From assembly GCA_024679065.1 (NCBI GenBank), contig JAGIQG010000003.1:101184001-101248000 (forward strand): 64,000 bases of DNA, written 5' to 3'. Of the stretch, positions 27,849-40,960 are shown one piece after another. The first letter of the stretch is position 1. Each line of letters begins with the position of its first letter. The notes under the pieces are model-generated. The model had not been told where the DNA came from, did not search any database, and worked only from the letters and a program-made list of their open reading frames with translations. The stretch comes from Sphyrna mokarran (lineage: Eukaryota). The position numbers were made by a program, and so were the translations under genes.

Positions 27849-28871
27849 ACCCAGACATGGGTACATTTAAATACATAGGCATTCAGCCTCAAAATGATAT
27901 AGCAACTCACAACACTGATGGTCGTGACAACAGTAAAAACTTGCAGGATTCCTCAGGGGAAATCAGAAAGCATAATGTATATGTAGTTCACTTTAAGAAT
28001 GTATTTTCAATAAGGAGTCTGTCTTTTAGTAGAAAAAGCAGCATTTCAGGGATTTTTCATCTTTAGAAAAATGTAAGGTATGAAAATAATTGAGATGATT
28101 GATGATAAAGTAATGCATAATGTTGCTAGAATGATTAACAATTACACTTTTACTAAGTATATGGTATGGAAAGCTGGATGGGATGATCACAATGTTCTCA
28201 TGTGCACTGTGAAAGGTAGTAAATATCACACTGTCAACCATTCATACTAAAATTTATAGTTCAATTTATTTAAAAGCAAAAGCAAAAAACACACAACCAA
28301 GTCACCAGCAGTGCCATTCTTGACATTTACAATTTTCACATTCTTTCCAAAACTAATAAAGTCTGGAATTCCTTCAAGAATCTTATAACTGAGTTTCTAA
28401 TACAACATTGCGAAAAATAACACCTTCCCCATACACCATTCTACCCCATAAATTTTTTTTTCACTGTCTTAAATATACATTCTCTTAAGGAATAAAGAGA
28501 ACCACTGTCCAGCTGTGGATAACAAAGAAAAATAAAAGATAGCACTTAAATCAAAGGAAGAGGGTTATATTGTTCACAAAAGGAAATTAAACGTGAGGAG
28601 TATATTTCAGCAATTCAGCAAAGGAAGACCAAGAAATTCATAAAGAAGTAAAAACAAGAATGAGAGGGTAAACTTACAAGACATATAAAAACAGGGTCTA
28701 AAAGCTTCAATAGAAATGTAGAAAGGAAGCGATTGGTGAAAGGAAGTTTTTAGAGACATATTTTCTATTGTAAGTTTTTGGACTAAGAAAATGGTAAAAA
28801 CTATCCTGAAATTTTCACTTGTCTTCACTGTAGAAGACACAATTAATATTCTGGAAGGAGTGGGAGACTAA

Positions 28872-29968
28872 GGACTGGATTTCCTAGGTCCAATTAGGAC
28901 CAAACAGAAGTGAGATTGAAAAAATGATCCCCGAATGAAGCGCCCATCTTTACTCATTTTAATGAGGATAGGGTAGAGGCTGGGTCCCAGGACCCACTCA
29001 CTGCTATTAAGATGAAACTGACAGCATTGTGGGTGAACTGCAAACACACCACAGCTAAGATTTTTTTTTAACTTTCATGAAGCGGCTGAGCTGTAGAAGC
29101 TTTTGGATTTCACAGCAGCAATGGGGGAGGAAAGGCATAGATTGGAGGTTCAAAGTGATTAAAAGGTTAGTATAGTATTTTTTTGCCTTCACATCATTAA
29201 ATGTTCATCAGTAAATGCTGTAGCACAGGTTGCATCTGTGTTCAATCAGGTGAGTTATGACACTTTTGTGATACCCCAGCTTAAACAACACGTTTGCCAA
29301 GTTATTATTTCTGCCAACTGGCAAGCTGTCAACTAAAAGAACAACATTGGAAATGTGAAAAAGCCTTCAGATGAATTAAATAAAGTTCAGCCAATGGATA
29401 AAAAGGTAGAGCACATTTCACTATACAGTTGAATATGATAATCAAGTGTAAATGTTTCATCATCTTTACCCATTGCTCTTATGCATACAGTCTAGGCATT
29501 TGTTGAGGCAGCAGTTTGAAAGTCTATTTATTAATTCAGTGAGTTCTATGGTCTCTTGGCTGCAAGCCGACTGTTTAATAACTTTGTGAATGCATTGAAG
29601 CAGCTATAACAACAAAATGTCTACTTGATCACTTGGAGCTTAATGGGCTATTGAAAGGCTTCAAACTGTTATAACAGGGCTTCCAAGTTCTGTTCTGAAA
29701 GTGGATAACAGGAGAGGTGGGTGTTTAAAGTGGTCAGAAAGTTGAACTGTATTGTTAATAAACTGATTGCCCTGGAAGCACTAGGCCAGGGTGAGTTGGG
29801 AACAAAAGTGGGCATTTTTATCTGCCTACTCTGGACTCAGCCTGCCTCTATTCCTTTCTTAATGGAGGCCTTCTTCTAAACAACTTCAGACCTGACCCCT
29901 CAGATCCCAGCTGCCAGCAATCCTGAGATGGAGGAATTCATCCAACTCTCATATGAAACTCTAGGCCC
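28872..29968. mobile_element. Non-autonomous PIF/Harbinger-type element in a CR1
   Basis: Termini ggactggatttcc / gaaactctaggccc, interrupting otherwise contiguous CR1 ORF2 sequence. Confidence 0.6.
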
Positions 29969-30191
29969 AGGGTCGAGTGAAAATGAAGACTTAAAAAAAA
30001 AAGTGGAAATGGAAAAACAGTATTAGTTAAAAAAAAACTGGTGAAATAAATGGAAGTAAAAGCCAACAAATCCCTTGAACCTGATGGTCTACATCCTAGA
30101 TTTTTGAGATGTTGCAAGAGAGAATGGATATATTGGCTTGAAACTTCCAGAATTCCCCAGATTGTAGAACAATCCCCAAGGATTAGAAAGT

Positions 30192-30529
30192 ATCATAGAA
30201 TCCCTAAAGTGCAGAAGAAGGCCATTTGACCCATGAGACCTGCACCAACAACCATCCCAACTGGGCCCTATCCCCTTATCCACACATATTTACCCGGCTA
30301 ATCCTGCTAACCTACTCATCCCGGGTCACAAAGGGCAATTTAGTGTGGCCAATGCACCTAATTCGCATATCTTTTGACTGTGAGAGGAAACTGGATCACC
30401 CAGAAGAAACACATGCAAACACAGGGAGAACATGCAAACTTCACACAGACAGTGATCCAAATTGGGAATCGAATCCGGGCCCCTGGGACTGTGAGGTAAC
30501 AGTGCTAACCATTGTGCCACTGTGTCACC
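30192..30529 (-). mobile_element. HE1-type SINE nested in a CR1
   Basis: Full head, core and catagaatcc tail. Confidence 0.88.
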
Positions 30530-31552
30530 CACACACAATTTCACTATTTATGAAAGGAGAAGACAGAAAACAGGGAACTATATGTCAGTTATCCTATCAT
30601 CTATAATTGCTAGAATTTATTATTCGGGATGTAACAGGGCACTTGGAAAATCATGGTATGATTAAGCACATCAACAGAAATTTTTGAAAGGGAAATTGTG
30701 TATAATGAATCGGTCAGAGGTTTTCAGATTGTAATTGGCAGAGTAAATAAGGGGAAGCAGTAGACACAGTGTATTTGAATTCTCAAAAAGCATTTGATAA
30801 GATGCCATGCATGATGCTACAACACAAAATTAGGGCTCATGGGATTGAGGATGACATTAACTTAATTTGAGATCTGAATAACAAACAGAGAACAGAGTAT
30901 GGGAATAAATGAGCCATCTCTAAGTTGGTTCTAATTAGTAGAGTAGCACAACGACTGGTATGTAGGCCTCAGCTAGTTACAATCTATACCAATAAGTTAG
31001 ATGAGAGGACTATACTGTTATATATCCAGTTTGTTGACAGTTTGTAAACTGTTAGATGGGAAAGTAAGTCATGACGAGGTTGCAGAAGGTTATAAACAAT
31101 TTGGATGAGTGAGCAAGAACACAGTAGATGGAATATAATGGATAGTATTGCAGAATTTGGTAATGAAATAGAAAGACAGATTTTTTTTTGAATAGTGAGA
31201 CTGGGAAATGTTGATACTCAGAGGGGCATTGGTGCCGTTATACATAAATCACAGAAGGCTGACAAGTATAGCAAGCGATTAGAAATGCTTGTCTTTACTA
31301 CTAAGGGAATAGAGTACAAGACTAAAAAGATCTTCTTGCAATTGTACAGGGCCTTGGTGAGACCACACTCGAAGTGGTGTGTATAGTTTTTGTCTCCTGA
31401 TCTAAAGAAAGATATGTTTGCCTGAAAAGAAGTGTAACAATGGTTTACTAAACATTTTGGGATGAGGAGATTGTCCTGAAGAAGCTGTGAGTAAATTCAG
31501 CCTATTTCCCTAAAGTTTAAATAAATGAGATATGATATAATTGTGACAAATA

Positions 31553-31924
31553 GGGTGAAATTTTCTCAGAACAAGTAGGCAAGAAAACCTCCAGTTTTCA
31601 CACCCATTTTTCTAGTGCAGTAAGTTATGTGAGTTTACGGTACTCTGTGCTATATATTCTTATCAGTAAGAAGAGCCCATTCACAATTGGAAGCTGGCTG
31701 TAGACTGATTGTAAAGATTTTTTCCCATGCGCTCTGGACTCCCAGTATACTGGGAAAGATCTGTCAACCTTCCATATTGCAAAGCTGATTACGCCAGCAG
31801 ATTGGGGCTGGAAATATCATGGGAGATTGAGAAATTGGGCGCAAGGCCAATTTTTTTGCCTCTTGCTCCATTTCCCACAGTACAATATTCAATATTAGTG
31901 CAATGGGATGGAAAATCTCTGCCC
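31553..31924. mobile_element. Non-autonomous PIF/Harbinger-type element (MITE) in a CR1
   Basis: TIRs gggtgaaattttc / gaaaatctctgccc with a 3-bp ATA duplication. CR1 sequence resumes on both sides. Confidence 0.78.
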
Positions 31925-32125
31925 ATAAAAGAACTCTGATAGAGTGGATACAAGAAGAATATTTTTCCCTGGCTGAGGAGCCTGGAACCAGGGTCACAAT
32001 TTCAGAATAGAGGGTTAGTCATTTATGATTGAGGTGAGGAGAAATTCTCTCAATCAAATGGTTTTGAATCTTTGGAATTCTTCACCCCAGAGCACTGAGG
32101 ATGCTCAGCTGGTGAGTATATTCAA

Positions 32126-32340
32126 TAAGAAATCTCACAACACCAGGTTAAAGTCCAACAGGTTTATTTGGTAGCAAAAGCCAGTAGCTTTAGGAGCGCT
32201 TACTGCTCCTTTGTCAGGTGAGTGGGAGTTCTATTCCCAAACAGAGCATATAAAGACACGAACTCAATTCACAAAAGAACATGATGTTCTGAGACTTCTT
32301 ACTGTGTTCACCCCAGTCCAACACTGGTATCTCCACATCA
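32126..32340. mobile_element. Short Penelope-like remnant (inverted pseudo-LTR plus 3' tail) nested in a CR1 LINE
   Basis: Homologous to 58559-59157 (caacacca...tttatttg and the ccccagtccaa...acatcatg tail). The target duplication TGAGTATATT(C/G)AA is at 32113-32125 and 32341-32353. The minus-strand hammerhead core has decayed to CTGACAA...TAAA. Confidence 0.88.
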
Positions 32341-32449
32341 TGAGTATATTGAAGACAGATTGAGAGATTTTTGGATGCTAAGAAAATCAAAGGCTATAGG
32401 AATAACAGAGGAAGGTGGAGTTGAGGGAAAGGATCAGCCAATCCCATAA

Positions 32450-32950
32450 TTCCTAATGTTGTGTTATGCCTCATGCCTGGTAGCTTGTCAAGTGCTTTTT
32501 GAAAATCTAAATACACTATACCTGGTATAATAAGGTTCCCTTTATTTACCCTGCCAATTTCAACCTCAAAAACCTCTGACAGATTTGTCAATACAATTCC
32601 CTTTTCATAAATTTACATTGATCTGCTTGATCATATCATGATTTCCTAAGTGTCTTGTTGTCATGTTCCTAATAATAAATTCTAGCATTTTACTCATTTA
32701 CAGATTTTGGGCACAAAAAATCAGAAAAAAAAAATCACAAAAAACAGCACCCTGTTTTCTCTCTCCCTCTTTTTTTAGATAGTAGGATTACAACCGATTA
32801 TTCCATAAGTTTGTGTAGAATCTGAGGAATTCTAGAAGATTAAAATCAGTTTACCCACTTCCTCTCACCACCTCTTAAAACCCTAAGATGTTGGCCATCA
32901 GATCCAGCAATTTGTCAGCTTTTATTCCCATTAATTTTACCAGCACTTTT
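32450..32950 (-). mobile_element. CR1 LINE RT fragment
   Basis: The ORF at 32394-32591 contains TNLSEVFE...VYLDFQKALDKLP. Confidence 0.8.
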
Positions 32951-35899
32951 TTAATGATAATGTGATTGAATGTCAAGGGGAATTTGTTGGATTCTCTCAT
33001 GTTGGAGATGGCCATTGCCTACCATCTATATGATGCAAATCTTAATTGCCACGCCTGAATAAATATTTACCAGGTTGCACTGCACATAGGCAGGAACTAC
33101 TGTCAGCAGACCTCGTGGATGTTTCACTAGTCAGATTTCAAGCACTTTGTCTTAAAGTAGCTTACCTTGCGTTCAACTCTGTGGGTCAAATAATGGGAAT
33201 AAGGTGCTTTCATTAAAAGGATAACATCATGACTGTTGCCTCAAGCAAAGTAATATCTGAGCCTATGCTGATTGTTGTATAAGAGCTGAACATTCATGCA
33301 GCCATTCCATTTGTTGTTCATGAAGACAAAACTATGGTATAGAAGAACTAATTTTACAACAAGGAGGCCAATTATACATTTCACCTATGGAAATATTCAA
33401 AGCCCATTGCTGGACTTGAAACACATGGTCTATGCTTATATTTTAGTCCAGTACAAAAAGAATGCTTCATTGGCAGAAATCTTTTTTTATTATATAAATG
33501 ATCAAATGGGGCTCATGAAGAAATGCTATATAGACAAAATTTATTTTGTGAGATTTTAAAGTGCCAAGAGTAACGTGATGTAATTGATTGGTCCGGCATT
33601 CATGCATTTGCCCTACACATTGGAAATTATGGACTGATTAGTGTTACAGATGTTCCCTGGGGGCCTCTTTGCATCCAGAATTTAAAAAAAGTGTTCTGGC
33701 GATTTTGTGATGATTAGGGTGGTGCCATATCTGGGCAGCAATTTGATTGGAAGTCAGACTCTAGCATGTGATAACTTTTTTACAAAACACTCCAGTGATC
33801 TGTAGCTGCTCGTAACGTGATGAAAGTGTCAAATACTAATCATGTAATGGAACTCACCTGATTTTTGACCCACTGAAATTGCAAGTAAAGGGATTTGATT
33901 TGATTTATTATTGTCACATGTACCAAGATGCAGTGTAAATTATTGTTTTGTGTGCAATCCATACAAATCATACATAGTTCGCAGAGTCACCACTCTCTGG
34001 TGCCATCTTGAAACATGGATGTGGTCAATCCACAGTAAAAGCAGCATTACATTCCCATTTTCTCTCACTTCATGTTGAGGGGCAGAGAGTGAATGAGTGA
34101 GTGAGTGAGGCAACAGAGATGTGAAAGAGGTAGGAATAGAGACAAATACAGGAGGAGGGAACTAACTCAAGTCAAATCAATTGTGTTTTATCTCATTTAT
34201 GTGGCATAATCAATTACCTTACCTCCCATCTGGTAATGGAAAGTTAATAGCCCTATAGTTTAATAATAATGCATCCTTCACAACAATCCTTGTATATGTA
34301 CTTCTGTCTGTAGATCCAGACTTAAAGTTAATCATGGCTGTTGTCATCAATGTTGTAATTACATTTAGCTGATATCCTTCCTTTTTTCCTTCTCTAAAAT
34401 ATAACAGCATTGCAAAAGGATGCTGTTAAAATTTTCAGTTCAAAGATTAGGATGAAAAGTGGCATCAAGTAATTAGACCACAAATATATCCCAAATGTTT
34501 TTCTGTAGTCTCAGTAAAGTTGTCTGACTAAAATGCTATTGAAATATTACCAACAACTAACGTCCTAATAACCCACAAAAGGTTATTTTATCTAGGCAGG
34601 CTGAATGCATATTGATTTCCTGGTGCTTATGCTGCCAACCTGTGCATGCATATATATGCCTATTTTAAAACCAAAAAAAGACCATCACCTATTATAGCTG
34701 ACAACACTGTTGCATTTGGTCATTGTGCATTGAATTAGTAGAGATCCAGTGGGAGCAATGTCCATAATTGTGATTGCTTTCATCTGGTTCATATTACCAG
34801 TGATGATATATAACTAGTTGAAAATTCAAACTGAGATTTATTTCCTCCCCCACAGTGTAAATTTGCATAATATTACCAGTTCAAGCACGTCACTACTCCA
34901 AACCTCAACTGATCAGAGATTGACCAGATAATGCTGCTTACAAAAAAAATCTTATGACCAAGATGCAGGAACTCTTAGCATAAAGCTTATTCAAGTCATT
35001 TCCAAAACATTTGGGTTTGCTTTTTCAATGCCATAAAAAATGGAAAATATGAAAGTAATTCTATTTAAAGCTTAGCTCTAATCCCATTTCAGGATTGCAA
35101 CTTTAAAATATTGTTAGAAATTACTTTTGTTGTGTTTCTCAATCTTGCTGTATCATTTGTTGATTTCCATTGTCAGAGTGTATTGACAAAGCTTAATTCC
35201 ATGAACATAACTGAGTTTCCAGGCTATCAACCCTAAATTCATTTTTTTTAAATTAAACAATCAGAATAATTTAAAATATAATGAAAAGAGGCTCACCAAA
35301 ATAGTCAATCATTTGTGAATTAATATTTAAATGTTGTAAGTTATTGTCTTGGACATAAGTACGCCTGGAATTTATCTATGGTGCCATCATAATAGTATCT
35401 CCACCCATACCATTTTAAATGAAAATCCACCAAAATATCGATACCTTAGATCAGTGTCACCCTCACTGGAAATGGATTACATTCAAGGATGCTCACTGAC
35501 TATTGTTTGTGGGAAGAAAGCATGACTAAGTAAACAGACTGTCTTTTCTAACAGGTGAAACTTTTTAAAGCTATTGTCAAGAAGTAATTTAACTTACGGC
35601 ATATAACCTCTTATTTTTCCATAAATTTCTGAAATGTGTGTAATTTTGACAGAAATATGATCATAATGAAGCTGTAACTGTGCGCCTTAATCTGGATTGC
35701 TAGTGGGAGGTACACCTACACTAATTTCTCCATTAACAGCCTACCAATTCAAAGTATGTTTTGAAAAATACAATTAGAAATTGGGTAGTGCCCTCTAAAA
35801 GATTATTTTTTGGGTGACATGATTAATATGACAATTTCTGCACAATTTTACTTCACATATCACCAGTCTAATTTCTTTAACAATACCTTGAAAAGGCAC

Positions 35900-36420
35900 T
35901 GATGACCCAATACCCTGAACCACCACAATCTATGTGGTAAAGATATTTTCTATACCCACAGTGCTGTTCATAAGAGAGTTCCAGAATTTTGATCTTGTGA
36001 TAGTGAAGGAACAGCAACACAGTTCCAAGTCAGTATGATGTGTGGCTTGGAAAGGAACTTCCACTGTGGTGTGTTCCTTTGTATCTAATGCCCTTGTCTT
36101 TTTATGTGGTAAAAGTCACTGTTTGGAAAATGCTGTTGGCGGAGACTTGATGAGTTCCTACAGTGCATCTTTTAGATGGTACACACTACTGTCACTGAGC
36201 GTTAGTGTTGGAGGGAGTGAATGTTTAAGCTGGTGAATGGGATGCCAATCATCTGGGCTGCTTTGGCCTGGACGTGTCAAACGTCTGAAGCGTTGTTGAA
36301 GCTGCACTCATCCAGGCAAGTACACAATACTCCATCACACAGCTTTTAGATAGTAAGGAGAGTAAGGAGCCAGAGTACTCACCAATCCCAGAATTCCCAG
36401 GCTCTGACCTCTGACAATGG
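35900..36420 (-). mobile_element. Fragment of the same LINE family as 42100-44530
   Basis: Reverse complement similarity to 44150-44450 (gcagcccagatgattggcatccc...; cactgtaggaactcatcaag). Confidence 0.7.
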
Positions 36421-37181
36421 CTCTGGCATTGGAAAAGCAAACCCAAATGTTTTGGAAATGACTTGAATAAGCTCTATGCTAAGAGTTCCTGTATTTTGGT
36501 CATAAGACATTTTTAGGAAGTTAGCCACCTTTTGTAAGCAGCATTATCTGGTCAATCTCTGATCATTTAAGGTTTGAGGTAACGACATGCTTGAACTGGT
36601 AATATTTGTTGCATGATTTGTTAATTCATATTTCTAATGTATTTACACCTAACATTTCGATAGTGTTAATAATTAGAATCAGTAGATTCAAGTCAATTAT
36701 TTTGAAGGTATAAACAAAATGGCACATTTTTATCATCCCGACTCTCTCTAAGTGAGTGCTAAGAATATGAGATGAGACAACTTGACAGCGAAGGAGCCAT
36801 AACATTGCCTAGGCCTTCACTAACTGATCAGAGCACTGGGATATTTTGCACACTGACAAATGACTTTACTTGATCCATAATAAATTGTGCGCGTGCTACA
36901 CTGGGATGCTAGATTTATTGAAACAGGATGTTGTATTTGGAACAGACTGCACCAAACAGTCAATGTAACGTGTCAGTAAAAAAAATCCATCAGATACCAT
37001 TTCTCTGATATCCAGGCATTATGAGATTGCCCTAAGATGATTCAAACTATGTTTTAATTGAACATCTTATCATTCTAATGTGCTTTAACTGTTCTTCCAA
37101 ATAGCTGGATTTGAGTACATGGATGACATATCCCAAAGTGCAACATGCTTGTGATGCCACAACATCAACTAAATTGCATCA

Positions 37182-37346
37182 TAAAATTTTAAAGATATCA
37201 GATTAATTTTAGTTAGTCTTCAACGTTTAACATTTCCAAGCAATTATAATAACTGATTTTCCGGAAGATCAGTTATTATAATGATTCCTTGGAAACGTTA
37301 AGCGTTGAAGACTAACTAAAATTAATCCGATGTCTTTAAAATTTTA
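37182..37346. repeat. Near-perfect 165-bp palindrome with no loop
   Basis: Arms of about 81 and 84 bp centred on ttcc|ggaa (37262/37263), with about 6 substitutions and one 3-nt indel. Confidence 0.95.
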
Positions 37347-40300
37347 AGAATATGCAAAACTTTAAATGACTTGTGGAACTAAACAATTCACATCAAATGG
37401 CGAGATTAGATTATCTCCCTCACTTTCCTACTATCACGCTCACATGATGATGTTTCACCTCTCTCTCACACATACAGGAAATACAAAGTGATGATTAAAG
37501 AAGGCAGTCACAAGAATATCAAATAATCATTCCCATGACCTAACATCATCGATTCATTTTACTTGCTGACATTTTTTTTTTAATTCATGGGATATGGGCA
37601 TCACTGCAAAAACCAACACTTACTGCCCATCACAAACTGCCCTTGAATAGATGATGGTAAGTTATTCTCTTACATGTAGCTGAAAGGTCGCAGAGGATAA
37701 TTAAGCATTAACCACATTGCTGTAAATTTGGAGATGATACAGGGCCAGGCTGGATAAGAATAGCAGATATTCTTCTCTAAAGGATATTAACTGCTCTTTT
37801 AAACACTCCTGTAGTTTTTCGATACTAACTTTTAGTAAATTCATGTTTGCATTTAATGCTGCTATGGTGAGATTTTAACTTGAATCTCTGGATCATTAGT
37901 CTGGGTTTCTGGATTATTAGTCCGGTAACATAACTATTATGATTCCATACTCCGAATTTGAACAAATCACCTGTTACCATTTGCCAAGGGGAAGCCCAGT
38001 GTTAAGAAAGACAGCAGTTGGTAATATTTCAATATACTGTCAGTTCATGAGTATAGACTGAAAAATAAAACATTCAAACCATCGACCTTATTGCTTCCAG
38101 AGACCATGCATAATCCATACTGCCATAGACTATTTCCAATTAACTGTGAGAGGTAAGTCAAGATTGAAAACAAGTTTCAGGAAGATAAAACTAAAATTTC
38201 TCCCCGATTCTCAAAGGTAAGCAACTTTTCATTTAACATAATCTAACGCTGAGTGGTTATTTTTCATAAGACATTTTCTTGCTCCCAGAACACGAGTTAT
38301 ATTATTCATACAAGTACTGACACTATGTCTATAGTTACCCTTATATACTTTGTATGCAATCACTATCTCCCTTAAATATTTAATATTTGTTTTTTTAATA
38401 AATGTTAAGCATATTTCAACCACTATGATTCTCCTGAGTTACAGAAACCTATTTTGGAATGATTAAAATGTTTAACACTAAATGAAACAAATAGGTTGCA
38501 TTTCTCAGTCTATTAGCAGGAATATAACATTAAATTTTCTTGCTCAGTTAAACTGCTAGACTTGCACCAACAATATAAATTCTGAATAACCACTTCTAGA
38601 ACAGCTATATGCTGCAATGAATTACCTGCTTCAAAGCAAACAATTGACTCTAAAGCCAATTAATATATTGAATAATGTTGCGTGGTTTCATACCAATCCA
38701 CCAGAACATCTGCTTTGTTTGTATACTGTTATCTGGTGTTTTCCAACATTTTAGACATTGGTCATTTACACTGACTATACCTTTGGTTGCCACACGCAAA
38801 CAAACTTATTTTTTGCTGTGTTTGAGACTACATTATTTAAACAGTATTCAGTTGACTCCAACTATTGGGAAATCATTACAAATCAATAAATGATTGCATT
38901 AGATATAATAAATATTTCTATTGCTTGTGAATTATGTAACCAATTAAGTTATTTGATCAGATTCACTCATGGAGCTTTCTATAATATGTTGCTGACCTGA
39001 TATATTCATTATCTATCGGAGTTTTAAGCCAAATTTAATTAAGCAGGAATTTCAAAATACAAAGCAATAAAGGACACAGAATATCTCCCAGCATATTTTA
39101 AGCTTATTTAGGGACACAGATCGGACTATATCAAAAGGCAGAAGGCAACTATTTTGTTTTATTAGAAAAAAGTTAAGAGATTGTGGAAAAGCAAAGAGTC
39201 AGGAGTTCTATTTGAACAATTTATGCAGTACTGCTTCTGAACTCACTGTTAAACACATTATCACGAATTAGGTCGTGCTACAGTGTGTCATTACTCTTCT
39301 GAACAATCAGATGCTGGATGGTAATCGTTTCAGATGTGTGGGAAAAGTTATTTTAAATGTTTGGCATTGATTTGTTTAATGATATTCACACCTCATAATA
39401 AATCTTTGAAATTAAACATAGAGACAATAAAGAAAAGCTGTTGCATCCACTTTTTATAACAACGAAATGCAGAAGCAGCACTAACAAAGGTCAAATTTTC
39501 ACTGCTGCGATTTCACAAAGGAGTGTGAAATTACATTGTTAAAACATTAGCCCACAGCTTCAGATCATAGTTGTATCCCACCACCACCACCATCACTCCT
39601 CACCTCCTTAAAAAGAAACCTACTCTTCAGTTTCTGGGCAATCTACCAAAGGAAGATCCTTCCAAACTCAATCAGCACAGGCAAGTTTGGAGACATCAAC
39701 AAAGAGAATCTGCACAGGAACTATTCCACCCTTTTTCAGCACTAGCTGTGATCGTATTCTGATTAGTAAAGGGTTTAAATATCTCAATGCTTCTTTGAAG
39801 AGCTACAAGAGGATGCAAGTGGGTAAGAGAATATGGTAGGTGAGCAGTAGATAAGGTGGATGAAGTGGCAGCTGAACAGGGTGGTGAGGTCTGGTCAGTA
39901 GTCTAGCAGGAATGCTGCTGTGTGAGAGAAAAAAGTCAGATGGTGGGAGCTAGCCAGGCAGGTTACAGAGTGGAGTCAGTGTGAGCGATTGGGAGGTTCA
40001 CTTGTATAGATTACCCAAGAGTTAAACTAAGATTTTTCTGTCCAATGTTTCCTGGGTAACAGTTTAAAGTTTCCAACTCTAATTCAGAGTTGGAGATGTC
40101 TTTCAAAGGGTTCCGTGGAGTAGGAACAATGCCCGTTGGAAATTCAAACTTCCTAGGAAATTCCAAAAGAATCGGGACTTCCAAAGGGTCCCACAACACA
40201 TCTTGAGGGTTACGTCTGGAGTCCTATGATCCAGAAGATCTAAGCCAATGTTTCTTCAATTTTAATTCAAACGTAGAGACATCAGAACTAGAATATCATG

Positions 40301-40389
40301 TTCAGCAGTGAGATATAATGAATATTCCCATTAGTTCTGATTATAATTAACTAATGGATTGGGACATATACAAGTTTTCTTGCCATCAC

Positions 40390-40960
40390 CACTTATTATA
40401 TCATATCATTTTTGTTACCTTGAGGCTCAATTATTTCAATGTTCTCCTGGCTGGCTTCCCATCTTCCACTCTCCATTAACATCTTTCTCTCTCCATTAAT
40501 ATGCATTCATCAAAGCTTTGCTGCCCATAGCATAACTCAGATTAATTCCTGTCCATCCAGACATATATTGGTCCACCAACTTAAATTAAAATGATCTTTC
40601 TTTCAAAAAACACAAAATTTCCCCAGCTCCATTACTTTCCCTTGCCTATCACTGTAACCTCATTCAGTCTTACAACTATCCAAAAACTGCATATTATTCC
40701 AATTTGACCCCACAAATCCAACTTTCTTCATTCCTTTGTTAATGCCCATTCCTTCAGATCTCAAGATCCTAAATTCTGGAATTCTCCACTTAAACTTACA
40801 TCTCTGTCTTTCTCTCTCTCTCTTCTCCATTAAGATCCTCCATAAAATCCATCTCTTCAGCCAAGGTTTTTCTTTGAAATGGGTTTTCTTTTCTTTCTAT
40901 GATATATTCTGAAACACTTTGGTGTTTTACAATGTTAAAGATGCTACATGAAAGTACAGA
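40390..40960 (+). mobile_element. L2-like LINE 3' fragment
   Basis: ttatttcaatgttctcctggctggcttccc, ctggaattctcc and a tail aatgttaaagatgctac. Confidence 0.6.

Larger units (their letters stand above)
28640..32450 (+). mobile_element. Long CR1 LINE ORF2 and 3' end with four nested insertions
   Basis: Collinear motifs cctgatggtctacatcctag (PDGLHPR), aaagcatttgataagatgcca (KAFDKMP), LYRALVRPH and the 3' UTR. Confidence 0.85.

Noticed and set aside
5071-30606. Recurrent similar short ORFs (LALLPHS..., CEAAVLT...) and tRNA-like heads
   Set aside because: They are HE1 SINE copies, not genes or functional tRNAs.
34219-34410. ORF ending at a GAG|GTAAGG donor
   Set aside because: There is an early stop in the TAFA1 frame and the peptide is not recognised.
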